From an uncultured Bacilli bacterium (GTDB lineage: Bacteria; Bacillota_I; Bacilli_A; RF39; UBA660): 60,212 nucleotides of DNA. Location of the stretch: NCBI GenBank assembly GCA_910579535.1, contig CAJTUR010000004.1, forward strand, positions 1-60,212, written 5' to 3'. Below the pieces are notes generated by a model. The model made no database searches and was not told the origin of the DNA. It saw only the letters and a program-made list of their open reading frames with translations. Every line of letters starts with the position of its first letter. Positions within the stretch are counted from its first letter, which is position 1. Below, piece by piece: positions 19,773 to 29,031 of this stretch. A program made the position numbers and the translations under genes.

Positions 19773-20780
19773 ATGAAAAAAAATGTATCGATAAAGAAAA
19801 AAGTTCTAATAGTTATTTTAATTATAATTTTGGTTGGAGGAATCGTTATAAAAAGTAATCTCAATCATAAAAATAACCCTAAACAGGAAAATGTATTATT
19901 AAAAGAGGAAAAAGAGAACAAACCGATTATAAAACCCGTGGAAAAACCTTATTCACTTCAAACAAAAACATTTAATTTAAATCATCATTTAAAAAAATAT
20001 AAAAATGAAGCAATCAGTATTGATATCGATTACATAGATAACAATCTAGTATATGGTTCAATATTAAATACAAAAGATGATTCGATTCTATTTACAACAC
20101 TTTACCTATTTCAATACAATATAAAAACCGACGAATATAAAGAATTCAAATACAATAAAGGGAGAATATTTGATTATTACATAATAGAGAATAATATTTA
20201 TTATATTTCGGAAAAAATCGAAAATGACATTTACCATTGGCAATTAATCAAATCGGACCTTTCGTTTGAAACCCATCAACAACTAGACTCAGGTACAATT
20301 AAAAATGACATGAATAGTCCTAGAATTCTTTATGATAATAAGGATAACGAGTTATATATCGTAACCATTAAAAATGAGGAAAATAGTCAATTTTCAAACT
20401 TTTATAAAGTAAAGAACGAACGTTTAGAATTATTAGAAACTTTTAAGGAAAATCATGATACAAAAAAAGGACAGTTTATTGATAACATGTTATATGTAAC
20501 CCTTCATAATGAAAAAATTTATTATATTAAAATAGAGAACTATGAAAGAAATGAAATCATGAAATACAATGTGAAGAAAAAAATAAAACGATAAAAGAAA
20601 ATTAAAGAACCATACTTTAACATTTATTGATGGAGAACAATGGTTTATGTTGGATACCAATAACTTACAAATGTTTAAAGAACAAAATACCCTAATTATT
20701 ATGTATTAGAAGAAAATCAAGTTCTTTATCAAGATTTTAATGAAAATTGGGTTACTGGAACCTTTAGTGAAAAAAATTAA
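19773..20780 (+). pseudogene. membrane-anchored protein gene broken into at least three frames
   Basis: ORF 19773-20594 (N-terminal TM; repeated NNIYYIS / EKIYYIK motifs). It is followed by out-of-frame continuations TLTFIDGEQWFMLDTNNLQMFKEQNTLIIMY* and PNYYVLEENQVLYQDFNENWVTGTFSEKN* ending at 20780. Confidence 0.55.
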
Positions 20781-20855
20781 AAATGACAACCATTAATTTA
20801 TGTTATAATGAAATAAACGTAAGAGAAAAATAAACAATTCAAAGGAGCGAGAGTT

Positions 20856-21304
20856 ATAAAAAAGTGGATTAGCATAGTTCTTATAGCATTAATCTGTTTA
20901 ACGGGATGCAAAAAAAATAATAGTGAACAATTGTATTTTGGAGGTCAAAAGCCAGAAAATGATTTTATTAAAATTTATCAAATAGATAAAGAAAATAGCA
21001 TCTATTCTATGTTTACAGAAAATGATTATATCGATGAAAAAAATAATAAAATGGATTTAGCAGAGGCTTTAGAAAAAGGAGTAATTTCAATCGAAGAAAT
21101 ATTAGAAAAAATGGAAGTATATGGAGCATTAAATGTGGAGGAACCTTAAAGTATAAATATCAAAAAAACGAAAAAAAGTTAGCAAATATTGATTTTTTTA
21201 TTTATAAATGTAAGAGTTTTAAAGAAGGAAGTGAAAACATAAAATATAATCAAAATATATATATAGGGGCCTCCGATTTTGAAAACCCTTGTAGGACTTA
21301 TTAA
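20856..21304 (+). pseudogene. lipoprotein gene lacking a canonical start and frameshifted near its 3' end
   Basis: In frame upstream of the tracked TTG (20931) lies IKKWISIVLIALICLTGC (lipobox LTGC) after AAAGGAG, with only ATA/ATT as possible starts. After ...YGALN (about 21136) a +1 frame continues CGGTLKYKYQKNEKK...NPCRTY* to 21304. Confidence 0.45.
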
Positions 21305-21384
21305 AAAATTATGAAAAAGAATATAACCTATTTTTCTAAATATTAAGTAATCTTTTTAAGGTTGCTTTTTATTTTCGATAACTC

Positions 21385-21413
21385 TTGAAAAAATAAAAAA
21401 ATTTACCTATAAT
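21385..21413 (+). promoter_or_regulatory. sigma-A-type promoter for rnhB
   Basis: TTGAAA 21385-90, 17-nt spacer, TATAAT 21408-13. Confidence 0.6.
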
Positions 21414-21461
21414 GAAAAAAGTGAATCAATGAATGAAGTAAAAGAGAAAATAGGTGAAAAG

Positions 21462-22115
21462 ATGGCATCACTCGATTTATTACAATATGAAAAAGAACTT
21501 TATAAAAAAAACATCACTCTAATTGCGGGAGTGGATGAAGTAGGGCGTGGGCCTTTAGTTGGTCCCGTTGTAGCCGCCGCCGTGATTTTACCTAAAAATT
21601 ATATTTTGGAAGGCTTAACCGATTCCAAGAAACTGAGTGAAAAAAAAAGGAATCAATTTTATGAAATTTTAAAAAAAGACGCCATTAGTATAGGAATAGG
21701 TTCAATAGAACCAGAAATGATTGATAAAGTAAACATCTATGAAGCTTCTAAACTTGCCATGTATGAAGCATTAAGACAATTAAAAATAAAACCAGAACAT
21801 GTATTAATTGATGCCATACCCCTAAAACTAGAAATGCCTTCAACCTCAATCATTAAGGGGGACGCTAAATCTTTGTCTATCGCCGCCGCCAGTGTGATAG
21901 CAAAAGTAACAAGAGACAAGATGATGTATGAATTAAGCGAGCAATACCCTGAGTATCATTTTGAAAAACATAAAGGGTACCCCACAAAATTACATCTAGA
22001 AATCTTAAAAAAATTAGGGCCTTTAAAAAATTATCGATTTACTTATAAGCCCGTTCATGATTTAATTAGAGAAGGTGAGAACGAAAGTGAACATAACGAC
22101 AAACAAACTACTTAA
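21462..22115 (+). CDS. rnhB: ribonuclease HII
   Basis: IAGVDEVGRGPLVGPVVAAAV, DSKKLS, IAAASVIAKV motifs. Start moved to ATG 21462 (AGGTGA RBS). Confidence 0.9.
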   Translation: MASLDLLQYEKELYKKNITLIAGVDEVGRGPLVGPVVAAAVILPKNYILEGLTDSKKLSEKKRNQFYEILKKDAISIGIGSIEPEMIDKVNIYEASKLAMYEALRQLKIKPEHVLIDAIPLKLEMPSTSIIKGDAKSLSIAAASVIAKVTRDKMMYELSEQYPEYHFEKHKGYPTKLHLEILKKLGPLKNYRFTYKPVHDLIREGENESEHNDKQTT

Positions 22116-24141
22116 AAACTTTATTTCCTTTTTTACGGCCTTATTTTTCTTAGAAATACTCTTTAGAAAAATATCCATGATGCCAATTGTAGATTGGGCT
22201 CTTTTTAGAATCGCCATTAGTACAAGCATCATTGCTTTAGGATTAAGCGTTCTTTTATCTTTTTTTAAAGAAAAAACTGGAAAAATAATAAGTCTTTTCC
22301 TTCTTTTTGTGGCCACCATTTATGCCTTTCTTCAAGTAGGATTCATTAACTTTTTAGGAGTATACATTTCAATTAACACCAGTTCCCAATTTGGAGCGGT
22401 GACCGACTACATTTTCGATTACTTAAAATCTTTCAAACCTTCTTATTATTTCCTATTTTTACCTTTTATTTTATACACGCTTTATAAAATTTTTATTGAA
22501 AAAAAAGTATTTAGTAAAATCTATTTAAGAGAAAACAATCGTTTTCAAAAAAGAAGCACAAAAAAGAAAAGTCTTAGGGCTCTTTTTATCATTTTTATTT
22601 TGGGTTTTATTTATACGGGAACCTTAACCCTTGATTTTATGCAAAACGATTTACAATTAGAAAGTAATAAAGCCTTATTTAAAAATCCAACCAATCTAAA
22701 CATCAGTATGAATCAGTTTGGACCGACCCTCTTTGCTTACTTAGACGTTAAAACCACTCTTTTTACACCTGAAGATGAAATCATTATTTTTGAACCACCT
22801 GAAATTATAGAACCTCCCGAAGAAACCGATTACACTAGAAAAATAGATGATACTCTTTGGCAAGAAGTGGCTTCTAAAACAACCAACGCAAATTATAAAA
22901 CTTTAAACAGCTATTTTATGAATCGACCCATTTCGAATAAAAACGATTATACAGGTCTTTTTAAAAATAAAAATTTAATAGTCATAATGATGGAATCCGT
23001 TGGAGAAATCTTTATTAATCCTGAGTATTACCCAACATTTTATAAACTTTACACAGAAGGTTGGAGTTTCAAAAACGCTTATTCTCCAAGAAATTCATGT
23101 GCGACGATGAACAATGAAATGAGTGGAATGATTAGTCTATATAGCATCTATAAAAATTGTACCGCCAACGTTTATCAAAAAAACAAATACAGTGGAAGCA
23201 TTTTTAACTTATTTAACCAAGCGGGCTATAAGACCAGTTCTTTTCATAACTACGATGAAACCTATTATTATCGAAGCAACATTCATAAAAATATGGGAAG
23301 TGGGGCTTATTATGGAGCGGACGAATTAGGCATTCCTTATAACAATTACGTTTACGCTGAATGGCCAAGCGACATAAGTTTGATGGAAGAAGCCATGAAA
23401 CGAATCGATACCGAAAATCCCTTTATGGCATGGATGACCACCGTAACCGCTCATCAACCGTATTCAACTTCGAGTACTTATGGTGATAAATATTTAGATT
23501 TATTCAAAAATACAAATTACACACTCGCCGCTAAAAGATATATGTCTAAACTAAAAGAACTCGATTTAGCTTTAGAAAAACTACTAACTCTTTTAGAAGA
23601 AAAAGACATCCTTGATGATACCATTATCGTTTTATATGGAGACCATTACCCTTATGGTTTAGATAAAAATTCCATTAAAGACGTTTTAGGGGCAGAAGTA
23701 CTTGAAAAAAACAATATTGAAAAAACGCCATTTGTTATTTATAGTAGTGAAATTGAACCCAAAAGTTTTGACGTCTATACGTCTTACATGAACCTTCTAC
23801 CCACTCTTGCCAATTTATTTGACTTTAACTACGACCCAAGGTATTATATGGGCGAAGATATATTAAGTGAAGAATACAAAAACTCTCATAAAAACCGAGT
23901 GGTCTTCACCGATGGCTCTTGGGAAAATGAAATAGGGTGGTATAACGCTACGAATGGAACCATTACTTATTTTGGTGAAAAACAATACAGTAAGGAAGAA
24001 ATTATTCAATATAATAAAGAAATAAAGGACATGATAAAAATGAGTAATTTAGCCATTACCACCAATTATTTTAACTATTTACAAGAAGAATTAGAAAAAG
24101 CCAAACTTGAAAAAGAAAAAGTATTGGAAAAAGAAGAATAA
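22075..24141 (+). CDS. LtaS-family (sulfatase-fold) lipoteichoic-acid-synthase-like membrane enzyme
   Basis: About 5 N-terminal TM helices, then a sulfatase-type domain (LIVIMMESVG ... TVTAHQPY ... LYGDHYPYG). GTG start overlaps the rnhB end. Confidence 0.75.
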   Translation: MRTKVNITTNKLLKNFISFFTALFFLEILFRKISMMPIVDWALFRIAISTSIIALGLSVLLSFFKEKTGKIISLFLLFVATIYAFLQVGFINFLGVYISINTSSQFGAVTDYIFDYLKSFKPSYYFLFLPFILYTLYKIFIEKKVFSKIYLRENNRFQKRSTKKKSLRALFIIFILGFIYTGTLTLDFMQNDLQLESNKALFKNPTNLNISMNQFGPTLFAYLDVKTTLFTPEDEIIIFEPPEIIEPPEETDYTRKIDDTLWQEVASKTTNANYKTLNSYFMNRPISNKNDYTGLFKNKNLIVIMMESVGEIFINPEYYPTFYKLYTEGWSFKNAYSPRNSCATMNNEMSGMISLYSIYKNCTANVYQKNKYSGSIFNLFNQAGYKTSSFHNYDETYYYRSNIHKNMGSGAYYGADELGIPYNNYVYAEWPSDISLMEEAMKRIDTENPFMAWMTTVTAHQPYSTSSTYGDKYLDLFKNTNYTLAAKRYMSKLKELDLALEKLLTLLEEKDILDDTIIVLYGDHYPYGLDKNSIKDVLGAEVLEKNNIEKTPFVIYSSEIEPKSFDVYTSYMNLLPTLANLFDFNYDPRYYMGEDILSEEYKNSHKNRVVFTDGSWENEIGWYNATNGTITYFGEKQYSKEEIIQYNKEIKDMIKMSNLAITTNYFNYLQEELEKAKLEKEKVLEKEE

Positions 24142-24158
24142 ATTTAGAAAGGAAAAAT

Positions 24159-26183
24159 ATGAAAAAGTTAGTGATTGTGGAGTCCCCAGCAAAAAGTAAA
24201 ACCATAGAAAAGTATTTAGGGTCAGATTATAAAGTCGTTTCTAGTAAAGGACATATTAGAGACTTAGCCACCAGTGGTAAATTTGGTTTAGGAGTGGACG
24301 TAGAAAATGATTTTACTCCAAGTTATGTCCCGATTAAAGGAAAATCAAAAGACATTAATGCACTAAAAAAAGACGTTAAAAATAGTGAATACGTCTATCT
24401 TGCCACCGACCCTGACCGTGAAGGAGAAGCCATTTCTTGGCATTTGAAAGATACTTTAGACATCGAAGACAATTACAGTCGTGTGGTATTTAATGAAATC
24501 ACAAAAGACGTGGTTTTAGATGCCATCAACCATCCTAGAAAGATTGATGAAGACTTAGTAAGAAGTCAAGAAACAAGAAGAATTTTAGACCGCATTATCG
24601 GGTTTCGATTAAGTAAACTCATGCAATCCAAAACAGGAGGCAAGAGTGCAGGACGCGTTCAAAGTGTGGCTTTAAAACTAATCGTGGACCGTGAAAGAGA
24701 AATAGAAAAATTTATTCCTGAAGAATACTGGAGCATCACCGCAGATTTTAAAGACTTCAAAGCGGATTTAGAAAAATACCATGGCAAAAAAATAGAAATC
24801 AAAAGTGAAGTTGAAGCAAACGAAATCTTAAGTAAACTATCTAATGCGTTTTCATTAGAAGACGTGAAAGAAAAAGAAACGAAAAGAAGCGCTCAACCTG
24901 TATTTAAAACCTCAACTCTTCAAAGAATGGCCGCCAATAAAATTAACTTTGCTCCGTCAAAAACCATGCGTGTGGCTCAAAAACTGTATGAAGGAATTGA
25001 TATTGGAAGCGAGACCGTTGGTCTAATCACTTATATGAGAACCGATTCAGAAAGAGTCTCTAACGAATTTGTTCATCAAACCATGGATTATATTAAGAAA
25101 AATTTTGGTGAGGAGTACATAGGAAGCATTAAAGTAGGAAAAAAAGACAAAAACATGCAAGATGCTCATGAAGGTATTCGTCCTACAAGTATTTATAGAA
25201 CGCCAGAAAGCATGAAAAAATATTTAACACCAGAAGAATACAAACTGTATAATTTAATTTACGTACGAGCACTATCCAGCTTAATGGCTAATGCCTTACT
25301 CCTTACCACAACCGTTTTATTAGAAAACAATGGGTATTTATTTAAAACGACAGGTAGCATTTTAAAATTTGAAGGGTATTTAAAAATCTATCAAGAATTT
25401 GAATCCCTTGAAGATACCATTTTACCAGACTTTAAATCTTATAAAAGTAAGACCATTGTCGCCGATAAAATAGAAAAAGAACAACATTTTACCAAACCAT
25501 TACCAAGATTTACAGAAAGTAGTTTAATTAAAGAAATGGAAAATTTAGGCATTGGAAGACCCAGTACCTATTCCACCATTTTAACAACCATTAAAGAAAG
25601 AGGTTACGTTTTATTAGAAGATAAAAAATTTATGCCGACAGCCATTGGAGTAGAAACAACGGATAAACTTCAAGAATTCTTTAGTGACATCGTAAACGTC
25701 GAATACACCAGTGCAATGGAAAACGACCTAGACTTGATTGCTGAAAATAAACAAGATAACATTCAATTATTAAAAGACTTTTATGGAAAATTTGAACCCA
25801 TGGTAGAAGGGGCTTTTGAAAAAATGGAAAAGAAAGAAGCTGAAAAAACCGGAGAAACCTGTCCTGAATGTGGAAGCGACCTAGTCATTCGAAACGGCAG
25901 ATTTGGTACCTTTACCGCTTGTTCAAATTACCCAACCTGTAAATACATAAAAAAAGAAGAAAAAGAGACCATTGAATTAGCAGATTGTCCAAAATGTTCA
26001 GGAAAAATTATTGAAAAAAGGACCCGTAAAGGCAAAAATTTTTATGGATGCAGCAATTACCCAAAATGTGACTTTGCCTCATGGTACAAGCCAACAGGAG
26101 AGAAATGTCCACAATGTGAAAGCCTTCTAGTAGAAAAGAAAGATAAAATCGTTTGTTCTAATTGCGAATACGAAAAAGAATAA
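24159..26183 (+). CDS. topA: DNA topoisomerase I
   Basis: TOPRIM start KLVIVESPAKSKTI, active-site region LITYMRTDS, three C-terminal Cys4 zinc ribbons. Confidence 0.95.
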   Translation: MKKLVIVESPAKSKTIEKYLGSDYKVVSSKGHIRDLATSGKFGLGVDVENDFTPSYVPIKGKSKDINALKKDVKNSEYVYLATDPDREGEAISWHLKDTLDIEDNYSRVVFNEITKDVVLDAINHPRKIDEDLVRSQETRRILDRIIGFRLSKLMQSKTGGKSAGRVQSVALKLIVDREREIEKFIPEEYWSITADFKDFKADLEKYHGKKIEIKSEVEANEILSKLSNAFSLEDVKEKETKRSAQPVFKTSTLQRMAANKINFAPSKTMRVAQKLYEGIDIGSETVGLITYMRTDSERVSNEFVHQTMDYIKKNFGEEYIGSIKVGKKDKNMQDAHEGIRPTSIYRTPESMKKYLTPEEYKLYNLIYVRALSSLMANALLLTTTVLLENNGYLFKTTGSILKFEGYLKIYQEFESLEDTILPDFKSYKSKTIVADKIEKEQHFTKPLPRFTESSLIKEMENLGIGRPSTYSTILTTIKERGYVLLEDKKFMPTAIGVETTDKLQEFFSDIVNVEYTSAMENDLDLIAENKQDNIQLLKDFYGKFEPMVEGAFEKMEKKEAEKTGETCPECGSDLVIRNGRFGTFTACSNYPTCKYIKKEEKETIELADCPKCSGKIIEKRTRKGKNFYGCSNYPKCDFASWYKPTGEKCPQCESLLVEKKDKIVCSNCEYEKE

Positions 26184-26511
26184 TTTTTTAGAAAAAAATA
26201 TTGATTATTTAATGAAAGCCTTTATTTTAAAGCACATATGTAAAATATTTGATGCTTTTTACTACCAATTTACTACTTTTGAAAGCGAAAATATAAGAAA
26301 TTATAAAAATATATATGATTATCTTTTAAAAATAAAAATGTCGTAGACACTTATAAATAAAAGTTATAGCGACATTTAAGAACTTATAAAAAATTACTTA
26401 TAAAATAATATACTTTTTCTTTAAAAAACCTTAAATAAGAAAAATCCAAAGTAAACAAAACTAATGTTTGCTTTTTATTTTCTTTATGTTACAATGTTTT
26501 TGGTGAAGACT

Positions 26512-28698
26512 ATGTTTATTAAAGGAAAAATAAGACAAATAATCTATAAAAATGAAAACGGCTTTTTTGTAGGAACCTTTCGTATCAAAGAAACCAATGA
26601 CGAAGAAATGAAAGAATTTATAAACAAAACCATAACCATTACAGGAACCATTTTAGATCCAAATGAAGAAGAAACGTTTTTGCTAACTGGCGAATACATC
26701 AAGCACGAGCGTTTTGGCTTTCAATATAAATTTTCCAGTTATGAAAAAGAAAAACCCACTAGCAAAGACGCCATCATTGAATTCTTATCCAGTCCTTTAA
26801 TAAAAGGCTGTGCAGAAAAAACAGCTAAAAAAATTGTTGAAGTCTTAGGAGAAAAGGCCATTGATTTAATAAAAGAAAACAAAGAGAATTTACTCTTAGT
26901 TCCAAACATGACCGAAAAAAGAAGAGACACCATCTACAACTCCATCATGTTACATTCCTCCTCAGACGATTTAATCCTTGAACTAAAAAACTATAGCTTT
27001 TCAGTGAATGAAGCTACTAAAATTATAAAAACTTACAAAGACAAAGCTGGAATTTATTTACATGAAAATTTATACTCTTTCAAAAACATCATTGACTTTA
27101 ATAAATTAGATTACATTTACATCACGCATTTTGATAAAGAAAACGAAGTTAGAAAAAAAGAATGTTTACTTGAAAGCATGAAACGAATCAGTGATACCTC
27201 AGGAGACGTCTATTATTTAAAAGAAGAAATGACTGAAGCTCTAAAACATTACTTTCAAATTTTTCTAAATGAAGAAGAATTAGAAAGCACTCTAGAAAAT
27301 TTAGCAACAGAGCAAAAAATCGTGATTTTAAAAGACCATTACTATTTAAAAGAAAATTACGAACGCGAACACGACATAACAAAAAATTTAGAAATGATTT
27401 CCAATTTACCTAAAAAAGATTTGGGAGACTTTGATAAAAGAATAAATAATTTAGAAAAAACGTTTAACGTAGCCTACAACAGCGACCAAAAAAAGGCCAT
27501 AAAAAATGCTTTAGAAAATCGTGTAAGCATTATATCGGGAGGACCAGGAACAGGAAAAACAACAATTATAAATGCCATTACTCGAATTTACATCGAATTA
27601 AATCAACTTTCACCAATCGATACATTAAAAGAGATTGCCTTACTAGCTCCAACTGGAAGAGCCAGTAAAAAGCTTGCTGAATCCACTCATTTGCCAGCCA
27701 TGACCATCCATCGTTATTTAAAATGGAATCAAGACACCAATGACTTTCAAATGAACGAATACAACAAAACCGAACACAAACTGATTATAGTAGATGAGGT
27801 CAGTATGATTGATACGTATTTATTTGACTCTTTACTAAAGGGAATAAAAACAAACATACAATTAATATTAGTAGGGGATACCTTTCAACTTCCAAGTGTG
27901 GGAGCAGGATTAATTTTAAATGATTTAGTAGCTTCTGAATTATTTTCTTACAACCCTCTTGAAAAAATTTACCGTCAAAGCGAAAACTCGTACATTGCCT
28001 TTTTAGCAAAAGAAATCAAAGACCATAACTTAAGCAATAACTTTACCGAAAAAAAAGATGATTACAATTTCTTTGAAACAGAAAGCAAAAACATAACCAA
28101 AATGATTAATGAAATTTGTAAAAAAAGCCTTGAAAAAGGCTTACGTGTGGATGACATCCAAATACTCGCTCCTATGTATAAAGGCGAGAATGGTATTGAT
28201 ACTTTAAATCTTTCTTTACAAGAACTTTTTAATCCCAAAACCACCCAAAAAGAAATTAGCTATGGCGATTACACCTTCCGAGAAAAAGATAAAATCTTAC
28301 AACTCGTCAATAACCCCGATTGTAACGTTTATAATGGTGACATTGGCTACATCACGAAAATAGAAACCCGTTTTACTCCCCGTAAAAAAGAATACGTCGT
28401 CATCGATTTTGATGGCAATTATGTTGAATACACCAAAGAAGACTTAAAAATGATTAAACACGCGTACGCCATTACCATTCATAAAAGCCAAGGAAGCGAA
28501 TTTCCTCACGTTATTTTGCCTATTAGTAAAAATTATTACAAAATGCTTTACAATAAGCTCATTTACACAGGAGTATCAAGAGCAAAAAAAAGTTTAGTTT
28601 TAGTTGGAGAAAAAAATGCCTTTTTAATGGCTATGAATAATGATTACAGTAGCAATCGAAAAACCTCTTTAAAAGATTGTTTGTTGCATAATATTTAA
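26512..28698 (+). CDS. recD2: RecD2-type SF1B DNA helicase
   Basis: GGPGTGKTT Walker A, IVDEVSM, GDTFQLPSV, TIHKSQGSEF, YTGVSRAK. Start moved to ATG 26512 (GGTGAAG RBS). Confidence 0.9.
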   Translation: MFIKGKIRQIIYKNENGFFVGTFRIKETNDEEMKEFINKTITITGTILDPNEEETFLLTGEYIKHERFGFQYKFSSYEKEKPTSKDAIIEFLSSPLIKGCAEKTAKKIVEVLGEKAIDLIKENKENLLLVPNMTEKRRDTIYNSIMLHSSSDDLILELKNYSFSVNEATKIIKTYKDKAGIYLHENLYSFKNIIDFNKLDYIYITHFDKENEVRKKECLLESMKRISDTSGDVYYLKEEMTEALKHYFQIFLNEEELESTLENLATEQKIVILKDHYYLKENYEREHDITKNLEMISNLPKKDLGDFDKRINNLEKTFNVAYNSDQKKAIKNALENRVSIISGGPGTGKTTIINAITRIYIELNQLSPIDTLKEIALLAPTGRASKKLAESTHLPAMTIHRYLKWNQDTNDFQMNEYNKTEHKLIIVDEVSMIDTYLFDSLLKGIKTNIQLILVGDTFQLPSVGAGLILNDLVASELFSYNPLEKIYRQSENSYIAFLAKEIKDHNLSNNFTEKKDDYNFFETESKNITKMINEICKKSLEKGLRVDDIQILAPMYKGENGIDTLNLSLQELFNPKTTQKEISYGDYTFREKDKILQLVNNPDCNVYNGDIGYITKIETRFTPRKKEYVVIDFDGNYVEYTKEDLKMIKHAYAITIHKSQGSEFPHVILPISKNYYKMLYNKLIYTGVSRAKKSLVLVGEKNAFLMAMNNDYSSNRKTSLKDCLLHNI

Positions 28699-28731
28699 AA
28701 AAAAACTCATAATAAAAATGAGGTGTTAAAA

Positions 28732-28896
28732 ATGAAAAAAGCAATGCTAGCTTCTGGAATCGGAATGGGACTTGGTGCTGGATTAACCGCTTATTTATTA
28801 ACCAATAAAAAAACAAAAAAGAAAACAGAAAAATTAATAAATAGTGCTGTAACAGAAGCAGAACAAATGTTAAAAAACAAAAACAGAGAAAAATAA
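28732..28896 (+). CDS. small membrane protein (YtxH-like), not in the ORF track
   Basis: GAGGTG RBS 28720-25, ATG 28732. MKKAMLASGIGMGLGAGLTAYLLTNKKTKKKTEKLINSAVTEAEQMLKNKNREK*, a Gly-rich TM plus charged helix. Explains the region better than the antisense track ORF 28631-28951. Confidence 0.55.
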   Translation: MKKAMLASGIGMGLGAGLTAYLLTNKKTKKKTEKLINSAVTEAEQMLKNKNREK

Positions 28897-29031
28897 ATTT
28901 CTCATAAAGGTAACGAAAGTTATCTTTTTTTTGAAAAAAATTAAAAAGCATGAACTAAAAGCCTTGTAAAAACAATTAATCTATTGGTTTTTAAAATTAG
29001 AAATGCTATAATACTAAACAGGTGGGTAGAA

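Noticed and set aside
22780-22830. Short EPPEIIEPPEE repeat in the LtaS-like protein linker.
   Set aside because: It is only two short copies in a TM-to-catalytic-domain linker, which is ordinary low complexity.
28631-28951. 106-aa minus-strand track ORF between recD2 and mutS.
   Set aside because: The plus strand here has a better-supported 54-codon gene (28732-28896) with a GAGGTG RBS and a coherent TM-plus-helix product. The minus ORF translation is Phe/Leu-rich noise.
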